Below are positions 1 through 8,895 of a DNA stretch of 37,319 bases, in pieces. Below the pieces are notes generated by a model. It searched no databases and was not told the origin of the DNA. It worked only from the letters and a program-made list of their open reading frames with translations. Position 1 is the first letter of the stretch, and each line of letters opens with the position of its first letter. The position numbers and the translations under genes were made by a program. Location of the stretch: IMG/VR virus record IMGVR_UViG_3300043442_000283, positions 1 to 37,319 of that record. One strand, written 5' to 3'. This DNA is from a virus (taxonomy: Duplodnaviria; Caudoviricetes).

Positions 1-253
1 CGGCAGGTTGCGAGCTGCCCGACTGCATTGGCTACGGACCGCAGCCGCGCTCGTCAGTCCTGCTTGCAGAGCTGCAGCAGCGCGCACGCCGTGTCCATCG
101 TGACGATGCAGAGCCTGGAGACATCTTGTTGTTCGAGTGGCGCGAGGACATGCCGATGCACTTCGGCATCCTGTTGGCGAACGACTACCTAGTGCATGCG
201 CACGGAGCGACTGGACGCGTGGTCAAGCATCGCTTGACGGCAGCATGGGCTGA
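1..253. repeat. Terminal direct repeat, left copy (assembly circular overlap)
   Basis: 1-253 matches 37067-37319 except at 60 (C/T), 89 (C/G), 95 (C/G) and 126 (T/C). Confidence 0.97.
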
Positions 254-296
254 ACGCTTGCACAGCATCTGGAGAGCGGAGGGCGTCGATGGCTAG
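3..296 (+). CDS. C-terminal part of NlpC/P60 tail-tip peptidase (gene starts at 36940 and wraps)
   Basis: Frame from base 3 reads AGCELPDCIGYG...PGDILLF...MHFGIL...VHAHG...AEGVDG and ends at TAG 294-296. Not in the ORF track because the start lies at the other end. Confidence 0.9.
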   Translation, partial: AGCELPDCIGYGPQPRSSVLLAELQQRARRVHRDDAEPGDILLFEWREDMPMHFGILLANDYLVHAHGATGRVVKHRLTAAWAERLHSIWRAEGVDG

Positions 297-3200
297 CGTT
301 GGAGTTGCAGGAGCAGCGGCTGCGTATGCCTGGAACCCGTTCCTTGCAGCGGGTGCCATTGCGTTGGCGAGCTATCTCGACCAGCAATACCTCTACCCCG
401 CGTTGCTTGAGGATGACAAAAGCAAGGCGCGTCCCCGTGGGCTTGTCGGGTTGCCGCAGACAACGACAACGCCCGGGACGCCTCGCGTCTGGGCGATTGG
501 GCGACGCCTGCGCGTGCCTGCGCACGTCTTCTACCAGTCGCAGAAGGAACGCGAGGACACGATCAACGGGCCGAAGGGCGGCGTGGCAGGCGTTGTGCGG
601 CGCGTGTTCGCAGACGTTGGCCTGCATGTAAACGACAGGCAAACGCTGCGCCTGACGCAGCTCGCTGCCAACGGGCAGCTGATCTATTGGCGCGACAAGA
701 ACCTCGTGCGCGTGACCACGAGCGAGATGACTTGCAGCATCGTGACCACAACGATTGCCACAGGCACAACGGCTGCGGGCAGCACAACGACTTCGGTCAA
801 CGCGACCACGCCTGCGTCGGCTGCTGGCGACTATCGTCAGCTCCAGTTTACAAGCGGTGCAAACAACGGCAAGGCGCGGCCCATCAAGACCAGCGCGGGA
901 AGCACCTACACCTTCAACCGCGCCTTCCCAAGTGCGCCCCTGGCAGGCGACACGTTCTCTGTTGTGCGGCTGCAGTTGCAGCTCACGATGACCACAAGCT
1001 ACGAGCCCGACTTCACCGACTACTTCGTGCTTGGCGACGTCGTTGACCTGCGCGGCTTCATCTCTGACTACTTGCCTGGTCTGGCGAACAACACGCCGTG
1101 GCAGACGAAGAGCTGGTGGCGCATCAGCGCGATCACTCAACACGCAGCGACGCCTTCGTCGATCACGCTCGACCCGATTATGGAGCAGGACTTCGGGCCT
1201 GTGACTTCCGTGACAGCCGGGACTGCGTTCGTGCCTGCGTCTGTTGTGCGCGAAGACGAGGTTGTCCTGCTGACTGAACCGCAAGAGGTTGTGACATCCA
1301 CTGTCTACACGCCGCCAAGCGGTTCGCCATACGTCAAGGACACAAAGATCACTGCAGGCACGTTGTCGCAGGAGATGATCAACGAGCGGTTCCTGCGGTT
1401 CTTTGGAACCAACGGGCGCGTCAACGTCTTTGGCTACAACTTCACGGTCGCTGGCGTGGATCAAGGCACGACCACGCATCGCCTGCGCTACGCCTACGAC
1501 GCAAACCCGCCTTACCCTTACCTCTATGCCAATGCGCTGGGCAGCGTCGGTTCCACGAACATCAGCACGATCAACGGACGCGCCGCAGTCATCGCACGAC
1601 AGGTTGCGCTGCCCTACGAGACGGGCATGTTCTACGACGACCCAGCGGGTTGGTTCTACTCAGGCGACGACCTGCAAGTAGAGAACGAGATCATCCTGAA
1701 GACCGAGACGTCTGGTCAGGTGCCTGGGTTCCGAGGCATGGCCTACCAGATGCTGCAGCAGTGGGACTTGTCGACTTACTTCGGCAACCAAGTCCCGCCG
1801 ATCGTGGAGGCGATCATCGAGCCAGATGCGTTGATGATCGTGCCGCAGGCTATCGTTCGCATCTGCGAGAGAGCGCAAGCACGCGACTTGAAGTTCGACA
1901 CCGTTGGCGTTGAGCCAACGCCGTTCGATGGCTACTGGACGCAGGGTGCCATCCCGACCGTGACTGCACTGCAGCCGCTTCTAACTGCGTTCCAGGTCGC
2001 TGCACAGGAACGCAACGACACGTTGGTCTTCTTCAACATCGAGAACGCGGACCTCGTGCAGATCGAGAACGGAGCTGCGTTCTCTGATCTTGGTGTGACG
2101 AGCGGCGCAGACACTCCGTTCGCGGGCGACAAGATCAAGATCACGCAACGCGACATCTCGGATCTGCCGACGAGCATCGGCATCACGCACCAGGACCCAG
2201 ATCAGCAATACAGCCAAGGCTTCCAGCACTTCAAGCAGCGGCAACCCTCGCCGTTGCCAAGTGCCAACGAGCAGAACATCAACCTCGACAACGTGGTCTT
2301 GAGTCGCAAGCAAGCTCGCAACCTTGCGGGCACCATCATGCGGAGGGCATGGGTCAACGCGACGTCCTTGGAGTTCCAGTTGCCCGTCGCCTACATGGAG
2401 CTGCTGGAGAATGACTTGGTGACGCTGACCGCCGACAACGGGCAGGACTTCACGGCGCGCATCATCCGCAGAGAGATCGGCAACAACTTCGTCATCAACG
2501 TCTACGCAGTCGTCGAGGACGTATCGCTTGCGGTTCGAGGTTCGCCTGTGCAGACGGCTGCAAGCCTCAACGTCGGCGTGATCGAAGCAGAGACGCCCGA
2601 AGCGCGCATCCTTGACGTTCCGCCGTTGCTCGATGCAGACGCGTCGATCCCAGGCTACTACGTGGGCGCGTGCAGCACTTCGTGGCAAGGCGCAACCGTC
2701 TACGAGTCACGTGACGGCGGCAACAACTGGACACAAGTGGCAACGCTCAACACGCAAGTCGGTATTGGCACGACCTTGACCGCGTTGCCTAGCGGGCCTG
2801 CAGGCGATGGCATCGGCAGCGTGACCTACGACACGACCAACAGCGTCACCGTGCAGATCGACAACCTCGGGCCTCTTGGCTTCCTGGTTACGACTACGAC
2901 GGCGGGAGTCGAAGCGGGCGAGAACTGGATGCTGATCCAAGACGGCAACAATTGGGAGATCCTCGGTGCCCGCGATGTGATCGACAACGGCGATGGGTCC
3001 TACAGGTTTGAGCATCTGCTGCGCGGGTTGCGAGGCACCTTCGACTCCTGTGCAACAACGAAGGCCGCAGGTTCCAAGGTCACGTTCCTGCAGCTCGCAC
3101 GCGACTACGAGGCGTTGAAGTTCGTGCCGCTGAACCTGTCAGGGTCGAGCTTGCCGATCACCCTGCAGGTCAAGGTTGTTGGCACGGGTCAAGCGTTGGT

Positions 3201-3612
3201 CGACGTCACAGCGGAGACGGTCACGATCAACGCATGGAACGCAAGGCCGATGCCGGGCAAGCTCTTCACGACCGAGCTGGATCTCACGTTCTACGACCGC
3301 AACTTTGTGTTTGAGCCGTGGACGCGCAGGCAGTCAGTCGTTGGCAGCGGTGGCCCCTACAACCTCGATGACTCGTTTGAGGGCTATCGCGTGCGCATCT
3401 ACGACCCAACAGGCACAACGCTGCTGCGGACCAAGACCATCACGAGCTTGAGCACAGGCAGCAATCGCATCCGAGGAGATCGCTCGTGCCCGTATCCTGC
3501 AGCAGAGCAAACGGCTGACGGCTACACGCCTGGGCCTTCGACCACGTTCAAGGTCGAGCGCATGCAACTGGGCGACTTCGGTGAAGGTCGCACTTGGATG
3601 GAGGACGTCTGA
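289..3612 (+). CDS. Tail tip / central fibre protein (Phage-tail_3 family, RcGTA g15-like)
   Basis: 1107 aa, directly after NlpC/P60. Motifs VPGFRGMAY, DLPTSIGITHQDPDQQY, ILDVPPL, WQGATVYES and LLRGLRGT are typical of GTA-like baseplate proteins. Confidence 0.85.
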   Translation: MASVGVAGAAAAYAWNPFLAAGAIALASYLDQQYLYPALLEDDKSKARPRGLVGLPQTTTTPGTPRVWAIGRRLRVPAHVFYQSQKEREDTINGPKGGVAGVVRRVFADVGLHVNDRQTLRLTQLAANGQLIYWRDKNLVRVTTSEMTCSIVTTTIATGTTAAGSTTTSVNATTPASAAGDYRQLQFTSGANNGKARPIKTSAGSTYTFNRAFPSAPLAGDTFSVVRLQLQLTMTTSYEPDFTDYFVLGDVVDLRGFISDYLPGLANNTPWQTKSWWRISAITQHAATPSSITLDPIMEQDFGPVTSVTAGTAFVPASVVREDEVVLLTEPQEVVTSTVYTPPSGSPYVKDTKITAGTLSQEMINERFLRFFGTNGRVNVFGYNFTVAGVDQGTTTHRLRYAYDANPPYPYLYANALGSVGSTNISTINGRAAVIARQVALPYETGMFYDDPAGWFYSGDDLQVENEIILKTETSGQVPGFRGMAYQMLQQWDLSTYFGNQVPPIVEAIIEPDALMIVPQAIVRICERAQARDLKFDTVGVEPTPFDGYWTQGAIPTVTALQPLLTAFQVAAQERNDTLVFFNIENADLVQIENGAAFSDLGVTSGADTPFAGDKIKITQRDISDLPTSIGITHQDPDQQYSQGFQHFKQRQPSPLPSANEQNINLDNVVLSRKQARNLAGTIMRRAWVNATSLEFQLPVAYMELLENDLVTLTADNGQDFTARIIRREIGNNFVINVYAVVEDVSLAVRGSPVQTAASLNVGVIEAETPEARILDVPPLLDADASIPGYYVGACSTSWQGATVYESRDGGNNWTQVATLNTQVGIGTTLTALPSGPAGDGIGSVTYDTTNSVTVQIDNLGPLGFLVTTTTAGVEAGENWMLIQDGNNWEILGARDVIDNGDGSYRFEHLLRGLRGTFDSCATTKAAGSKVTFLQLARDYEALKFVPLNLSGSSLPITLQVKVVGTGQALVDVTAETVTINAWNARPMPGKLFTTELDLTFYDRNFVFEPWTRRQSVVGSGGPYNLDDSFEGYRVRIYDPTGTTLLRTKTITSLSTGSNRIRGDRSCPYPAAEQTADGYTPGPSTTFKVERMQLGDFGEGRTWMEDV

Positions 3613-4166
3613 TGCCAGTCATCGACCAGAACTACGGCGAGAACGTCATCCTGTCGGGCGACTTTGCGCGCTTGACAGTCGCTGCCATCGACACGGCTGC
3701 GGACTACGTGCAGTTCCTGGACGCGACAGACGGCGCAGTCAAGCGCACGCTCGCGTCTGCCTTGGGCGGAGGCGGAGGTGGGGGCGCAGGCAACGCAGGC
3801 TCGACGACGATCGACTTCGGTCCGTTCCCAGGCGGTAGCGACGCCACGGTCACGGTCACGGGTCAGACGGGCATCGTGTCTGGGTCTGTCGTGCAGGCGT
3901 GGCTTGTTGCGCAAGCGACCGCTGATCACACCGCAGACGAGCATCGCGTTGAGACGCTAGCGATCACGTGCGGCAACATCGTCGCCAACACGAGCTTCGA
4001 CATCTATGCAACCAACACGTCGCAGCTCAACGAACCGTTGATCCAGGCAGGCAACAACAAGAACCGCAACGCGTTGACGATGACCTTGGGTGCTTCCTCT
4101 CCTTCAATCGGCGGGCAAGGCACTCGCATCTACGGGACTTGGACAGTTCACTGGCGGTGGAGCTAA
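3612..4166 (+). CDS. Putative tail fibre / virion protein with poly-Gly hinge
   Basis: ATG at 3612 overlaps the upstream TGA. GGGGGGG linker followed by a Thr/Gly-rich beta domain. Sits after the tail tip gene. Confidence 0.55.
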   Translation: MPVIDQNYGENVILSGDFARLTVAAIDTAADYVQFLDATDGAVKRTLASALGGGGGGGAGNAGSTTIDFGPFPGGSDATVTVTGQTGIVSGSVVQAWLVAQATADHTADEHRVETLAITCGNIVANTSFDIYATNTSQLNEPLIQAGNNKNRNALTMTLGASSPSIGGQGTRIYGTWTVHWRWS

Positions 4167-4169
4167 CAC

Positions 4170-4826
4170 ATGGCGATCCAACTTCAAGGAAACAGCGGCA
4201 CCGTTGCCGAAGTCGATGGCACCAACTACCGAGCGATGCGCACAACGCTTCGCCCGTTGGATTACGGCACGCTTGGCAGCTACCGCGTGTCGGGCCTGAG
4301 CGGCACGATGGCGGCAGGCCTTGCTGCCAATGCCGAGGTGTTTCAGTTCCGCTGGGTTGATTCCACGCGCTTGTGCGTCGTGACATCCGTGCTGTGGGAC
4401 GGCTTGAGCGGGTCCGCTACTGCGTTCGCTGCGGGCTTTGCCAAGGTGGACATGCTTGTTGCCCGTTCGTGGACGGCAGACGGCAGCGGTGGCACGACGC
4501 TGACGCTAGCGGGCAACAATCAGAAGATGCGCAGCAGCATGAACACCACGCTGATCGGTGGTTCGCGCATCGCATCGACTGCTGCGTTGAGCGCAGGCAC
4601 CAAGACCCTCGACGCGCAGGCCATCGGCCAATACTCCGCAGCCATCGGCACGGCGACCAGCACGCAGTGGATGCCTCAGTTCGACTTGTTTCACGCAGAC
4701 CCAGGTGGCGAGAGTCCTTTGATCCTGTCGCAGAACGAGGGCTTCGTCGTGCGTGCAACCGTTCCAGCGACTGGCACGTGGCAGTTCGGCGTGACGGTTT
4801 GCTGGACCGAGCTGACGGACTACTGA
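4170..4826 (+). CDS. Hypothetical virion protein (beta-rich, Ala/Gly/Thr-rich)
   Basis: 218 aa, GGAG RBS, coding-like codon usage, lies in the late operon. Confidence 0.6.
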   Translation: MAIQLQGNSGTVAEVDGTNYRAMRTTLRPLDYGTLGSYRVSGLSGTMAAGLAANAEVFQFRWVDSTRLCVVTSVLWDGLSGSATAFAAGFAKVDMLVARSWTADGSGGTTLTLAGNNQKMRSSMNTTLIGGSRIASTAALSAGTKTLDAQAIGQYSAAIGTATSTQWMPQFDLFHADPGGESPLILSQNEGFVVRATVPATGTWQFGVTVCWTELTDY

Positions 4827-4827
4827 C

Positions 4828-5085
4828 ATGTCGGCCATCAAGATCATCGTGGCGCACCCGCACATCGAGAGCGAAGGCGGCGTCTTGGAATACTGCGCCA
4901 CCTACCGCTTGAGCGAAGCAGTGCTTGGCGTCATCGACGGAGAGGTTGGCTACGAGCCAGACCCAGGCCTGTCCGATGCTGAGATCCGCACGGAGCTGAT
5001 CAACATGATCGTGGCCCATGCGAACCTGCAGACGAGCAACGTCGAAGCGTTCACTATCAGCGACGTCATCACATGGGAGCTGTGA
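4828..5085 (+). CDS. Hypothetical acidic protein
   Basis: 85 aa, tightly packed between neighbours. Confidence 0.6.
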   Translation: MSAIKIIVAHPHIESEGGVLEYCATYRLSEAVLGVIDGEVGYEPDPGLSDAEIRTELINMIVAHANLQTSNVEAFTISDVITWEL

Positions 5086-5375
5086 TCGTGACAACGGCAG
5101 ACAAGCAATGGGATCGCTGGATGCGCATCGCCAGCGTGGCAACGACAAGCGTGGTTCTTCCCGGGATCGCGTGGGCCGTCAACATGACCAGGGACCTCGA
5201 CGACCTGCGCAACCGCGTTGCGATGTTGGCGCAGCAGATGGACACAGATCGCAAAGGCATGGCGTCGCTCTGCGACGAGATCAAAGGCCTCCGCAGCAGC
5301 GTCGATGCACTTCGCAGCGACGTGTTGCAGAGACTGACGCGAGTCGAAACTCGCTTGGACACGACCATCAAATGA
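5073..5375 (+). CDS. Single-TM plus coiled-coil membrane protein (holin or i-spanin candidate; start may be GTG 5082)
   Basis: Hydrophobic IASVATTSVVLPGIAWAV followed by heptad-rich LDDLRNRVAML...LTRVETRL. Confidence 0.55.
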   Translation: MGAVIVTTADKQWDRWMRIASVATTSVVLPGIAWAVNMTRDLDDLRNRVAMLAQQMDTDRKGMASLCDEIKGLRSSVDALRSDVLQRLTRVETRLDTTIK

Positions 5376-5782
5376 AAGCACTTCTACTTGCAGCCGTGAT
5401 CTGCACGCTTCCATCGTGCGGTATCTACACCAAGCTCAACGACGCCGTGGACCGCATCGACCTCGCAACCAAAGAGGCCGATCAAGCCTTGCAAGGCGTG
5501 CAGCAGGGCCTCGTTGCGATGGGCGACAAAGGCAAAGAGCTTGCCGACAAGGTTGAGCAGGTGCGGACCGCGCTTGCGCAGGCAGACTTGAACGCCGATG
5601 GGCGCGTGGCAGGCGTCAACGAGTGGACGGAGCTGATCTATCAACTGCTCGCGCTGCTTGGCGTCGGCGGCTACGCCGTTGCGACGAACGCGAAGAGGCG
5701 AGCCAACACCCAGGCGATCTATGCGCAACTCGACGAACTCAAGGCTGCTGTGCGCACTGGCAGCGATGTCCCTCCTCAGTAG
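5372..5782 (+). CDS. Lipoprotein with coiled coil and C-terminal TM (spanin candidate)
   Basis: ATGA overlap at 5372. MKALLLAAVICTLPSC lipobox-like signal, helical middle, LIYQLLALLGVGGYAVA TM followed by basic KRR. Confidence 0.6.
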   Translation: MKALLLAAVICTLPSCGIYTKLNDAVDRIDLATKEADQALQGVQQGLVAMGDKGKELADKVEQVRTALAQADLNADGRVAGVNEWTELIYQLLALLGVGGYAVATNAKRRANTQAIYAQLDELKAAVRTGSDVPPQ

Positions 5783-5900
5783 CTGCGCAACGACCAAGGC
5801 GATTGCCGAAGCTCCCGTTGAGTTCTGGCTGACCCTTGAGCGCATCGCGTTTGCCATGGGCAGCGACCTTGAATCGCTGCTCTTGTTGTTCGGTCTGTAG
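5721..5900 (+). CDS. Small overlapping lipoprotein (o-spanin-like)
   Basis: MRNSTNSRLLCALAAMSLLSSC signal with an LSSC lipobox. Starts inside the preceding gene in another frame. Confidence 0.55.
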   Translation: MRNSTNSRLLCALAAMSLLSSCATTKAIAEAPVEFWLTLERIAFAMGSDLESLLLLFGL

Positions 5901-5921
5901 GTTCAGACGAGGTCTTCATCC

Positions 5922-7703
5922 ATGCCCATCGTTCTCGGCAATCGTTGTCCGCACTTCTTCGACGGATGGCGGCGCGTCATCACTTCAGACACACACGAGC
6001 ATCTTGCGGGTAAGTGCGCAGACGGAACGCGGTGGGTGTGGGCCTACGACCTTGGCAACGACCTTGCGGCGTTCGATGTGCGCGTTCAGCTCGCACCATA
6101 CCAGCAGCTGAAGATCGAGCTGGTAGACAGCGAGCCCGAGGCGTTCGAGATCGCACCGCTCCCGCCGCACTTGTTGGATTGGTTCGGCGGACCTCCGTGC
6201 ATCGAAGGCATCCCCATGTCGTGGGTGACGTCAGCGCAGGAAGGTGCCTGCTACAAGGCGCACTTCCGCATGAGGACCAGCACGTTGCTGCTCATCGACT
6301 TGTGGGTCCGCTGGTATCCCGACACGCCAAGCGTTGCCGAAGGCGAAGTCGTGATCGCTGCAAGCAACCCGAACGTGCAAGACGTGACACTGCACCTGCA
6401 GGACGATCTCAACCTGACATGGGGCACTGCGCAGGTGAACACGTTCGGCGACGCAGACGGCGTGTTGATGGCGCGAGGTTCAAGCCTTGCTGATGGGCAA
6501 GCGCGCTCGCTCCCGTTCGTGATGGCATGGGGCAACCGAGCAACGACGCAAGCGGATTGGTCGCGCATTAGCGCGCTCAACTCGTTCGGAATCGTTGGGC
6601 ATGGCGTGCGTGATCTCTACCCGCAAGGCAACCCGTGGCCCATTGCAGGCAACCACAGGTTGCGCGTGGAGCAAGCGATTGCCGATGCCGTTGTGCGCAT
6701 CCACAGCTACGACGCAGGACCTCTAGGCGTTGCGAAGGCCAGCACGGTGACTGGTTCGCAGGAGGATCAGCTGTTCCCAGGAGCCGATGCAGCTCTAGCA
6801 ACTGGCTACGTTGGGCACGAGCTTGCGCGATACCTGACCGCTATGCGGCAATCGTTGCGCCCGTGCCATCACCTTGAAGCAGACGGTGAGCATCTGCGAG
6901 TTGAGCAGCATCCGCAGCTAGTGTTCTGGGATGGGCGTCCGCACTGGCACCCAGGCGTTTCGCCTGATCGCTTGGGCAAGCCGCGCACGCCTTACGCAGA
7001 CGAGCTGCACGGGTGGTGGGGGCCTGATGTTGAACACGCGCTCTGCCAGACGCTGACGCTTGCGGCGCGCACGACACCTAGCGACGCGCTGCAGTGGCAG
7101 CTGCAACATTGGGCGCGCATCTATCGCCTGCAGTGGACAACGCGTCCCGGCTACAGCACGACGCAGACCTACGCAGCTCGCGCAGTTGGCTACGAGTGCT
7201 TGCTAGCGTGCAACCTGTGGAGCGCACTGCGCAACCGCGACACTGCACAACGTGTGCGCCTGCACTGGCAGCAACGCTTCGACACTGTGTTGCGTCCTGT
7301 GTTGTCCGCTAAGTGGGCCAACATCTGGGACGTTCGACAGGACGATCCGCGTCTTGGTGTTGGCCCTTGGTGGATGCCATGGCAACAGGCACTGGGTGCC
7401 TACGGAATGCAGCTAGCAGGTCGCACGTTCGACAGCGATGCTGCTACGACAATCGCGCAGGCCGCAGCGTTGAAGGTGGTCGAAGATGCATGGGTGCTGC
7501 GCAGCGAACGCTGGTTGTCGATGCCGCAGATGCCAGCGTTGGGGCAAGCACCAGCAACTGCGGACGAATCGTTCAATCACTTCGGCATGTGCCTCGCCCC
7601 TGCGGTTGTGCTGATGAACGACGCTAGCCACGCGAAGTCGAAGGCCATATGGGCGCAGCTAACCAGCGACAACAACGCGAAGGTCTGGTTGCCTCCGTTG
7701 TGA
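5922..7703 (+). CDS. Hypothetical 593-aa Trp/His-rich protein (possible beta-sandwich plus alpha/alpha-toroid glycan-acting enzyme)
   Basis: GAGG RBS at about 5909 and a long ORF. Beta-like N-terminus and helical aromatic-rich C-terminus (WWMPWQQALGAYG). Fold is inference only. Confidence 0.6.
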   Translation: MPIVLGNRCPHFFDGWRRVITSDTHEHLAGKCADGTRWVWAYDLGNDLAAFDVRVQLAPYQQLKIELVDSEPEAFEIAPLPPHLLDWFGGPPCIEGIPMSWVTSAQEGACYKAHFRMRTSTLLLIDLWVRWYPDTPSVAEGEVVIAASNPNVQDVTLHLQDDLNLTWGTAQVNTFGDADGVLMARGSSLADGQARSLPFVMAWGNRATTQADWSRISALNSFGIVGHGVRDLYPQGNPWPIAGNHRLRVEQAIADAVVRIHSYDAGPLGVAKASTVTGSQEDQLFPGADAALATGYVGHELARYLTAMRQSLRPCHHLEADGEHLRVEQHPQLVFWDGRPHWHPGVSPDRLGKPRTPYADELHGWWGPDVEHALCQTLTLAARTTPSDALQWQLQHWARIYRLQWTTRPGYSTTQTYAARAVGYECLLACNLWSALRNRDTAQRVRLHWQQRFDTVLRPVLSAKWANIWDVRQDDPRLGVGPWWMPWQQALGAYGMQLAGRTFDSDAATTIAQAAALKVVEDAWVLRSERWLSMPQMPALGQAPATADESFNHFGMCLAPAVVLMNDASHAKSKAIWAQLTSDNNAKVWLPPL

Positions 7704-7722
7704 TGCACGCGTGCTGCACCAT

Positions 7723-7738
7723 CATCTAGATCTAGATG
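7723..7738. repeat. Perfect 16-bp palindrome CATCTAGATCTAGATG
   Basis: Read directly. A 10-bp palindrome GCACGCGTGC lies at 7705-7714. Confidence 0.9.
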
Positions 7739-7781
7739 TTGACGATGCTGCGTCTACTCTTTAGAGGTAGAGCATCACACC

Positions 7782-7860
7782 GCTGGGCGATCGAGGCCGC
7801 TTTCTGACCGTTAGCGACTCCCCTTCCACCTTCCTACCTGCTCGGTCGCCCAGCTTTTCC
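7782..7860 (+). terminator. Long-stem terminator-like hairpin ending the late operon
   Basis: GCTGGGCGATCGAG (7782-7795) pairs with CTCGGTCGCCCAGC (7841-7854), 14 bp with one G-U, followed by TTTTCC. The 45-nt loop is atypical. Confidence 0.5.
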
Positions 7861-7870
7861 TTCGCGTGTG

Positions 7871-7899
7871 TTTACACATCGCAGCGAAGGTGCTAAGGC
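7871..7899 (+). promoter_or_regulatory. Putative sigma70-type promoter for the replication operon
   Basis: TTTACA-N17-TAAGGC with TG upstream of the -10. The same -35 hexamer occurs at 10205. Confidence 0.4.
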
Positions 7900-8067
7900 T
7901 GCACTCGCTTGCGAGTAGCTGTGCAGTGCCGCGCAGCTATAGCAGTCTCCACCCGTGGTCAGCGGGGTTCCCTACGACTCGTCATCCGTGGGAAGCAAGC
8001 AGCCCGCAAGGGTTGTTCGCTGCACTTGGCACTAGGTGCGGCGAACCTTTCTACAGGTGGTGGCTAG

Positions 8068-8892
8068 GTGGTGGAGTTCTACGTCAAGGTTCACAAGTCG
8101 ATGTTGCTGTCCTCGATCTGGGACGAGGACGATGCGACGCGCATCACTTGGGTGACGTTGCTGATGCTGTGCGACCAGACAGGCTACGTTGGTGCCAGCA
8201 TCACGGGCATCGCGCACATGGCCCGTCTCAGCGTGGAACAAGCAGAGGCAGCGATGGCTGTGCTGATGGCACCCGATGCAGCTAGCAGGTCGAAGGCCCA
8301 CGACGGCAGACGCGTTGTGGCTTGGGAGCGTGGCTACCTGTTGGTGAACTACGTTGCGCTGAAGGACGGCGATGACGAAACCACGCGCAAGGTGCAAGGC
8401 AGAGCAGCTTCGCGCAAGCACCGCAGCAACAAGCAGGATCTAGAACAGCAAGCACAGCTTGCAGAAGCTGGTGCAAGCCAGCCAGATCAGCTCATCGGTA
8501 AGGCTATCAAATCAGATCAGATCACAGAGTCTGTACCAGTACAAGCACCAAGGGGCAGAGGTGTGGAGGCACCACACGATGTGCGCGAGGACGTGTGGGT
8601 CGATTGGAACAAGCTGCGCAAGAGCTGCCGCGCACCCGTTACGCCAACAGTGCTCACGATGCTGCGCACCGAGGCAACCAAGGCAGGCATGAGCTTGGAA
8701 GCCGTGATGCAGTTGTGCCTGCTGCGTGGTTGGCGTGGCTTTCAAGCTGCATGGGTGCAAGGCACGCACAGAACACAACGCGAGCCAACAGGCACAGCAC
8801 GCACTGCTGCGCAGGCCCGCCCGTTCATAACTCCAGACGGCACGCCCACTGTGGGCGACCTGTCTACCTACATGAAGAAGCAAGGAGACTGA
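8068..8892 (+). CDS. Phage replication initiator (lambda O-like architecture)
   Basis: N-terminal wHTH-like region (YVKVHKSMLLSSIWDED...LLMLCDQTG), low-complexity linker, C-terminal WVDWNKLRK..APVT...GWRGF domain. Directly upstream of a DnaC-like ATPase. Confidence 0.75.
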   Translation: MVEFYVKVHKSMLLSSIWDEDDATRITWVTLLMLCDQTGYVGASITGIAHMARLSVEQAEAAMAVLMAPDAASRSKAHDGRRVVAWERGYLLVNYVALKDGDDETTRKVQGRAASRKHRSNKQDLEQQAQLAEAGASQPDQLIGKAIKSDQITESVPVQAPRGRGVEAPHDVREDVWVDWNKLRKSCRAPVTPTVLTMLRTEATKAGMSLEAVMQLCLLRGWRGFQAAWVQGTHRTQREPTGTARTAAQARPFITPDGTPTVGDLSTYMKKQGD

Positions 8893-8895
8893 CAG

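Noticed and set aside
1-253. Diversity-generating retroelement TR/VR pair (prompted by the BPP-1-like capsid)
   Set aside because: Mismatches are not at adenines and are all synonymous, and there is no reverse transcriptase.
223-1479. 418-aa minus-strand ORF
   Set aside because: Antisense shadow of the tail tip gene. Arg-rich with no motifs, as expected from GC-rich codon bias.
5018-5371. Upstream extensions of track ORFs (for example 5018, 10728, 12130, 15442, 35435)
   Set aside because: They overlap real upstream genes. RBS and stop/start coupling support the later starts given in the features.
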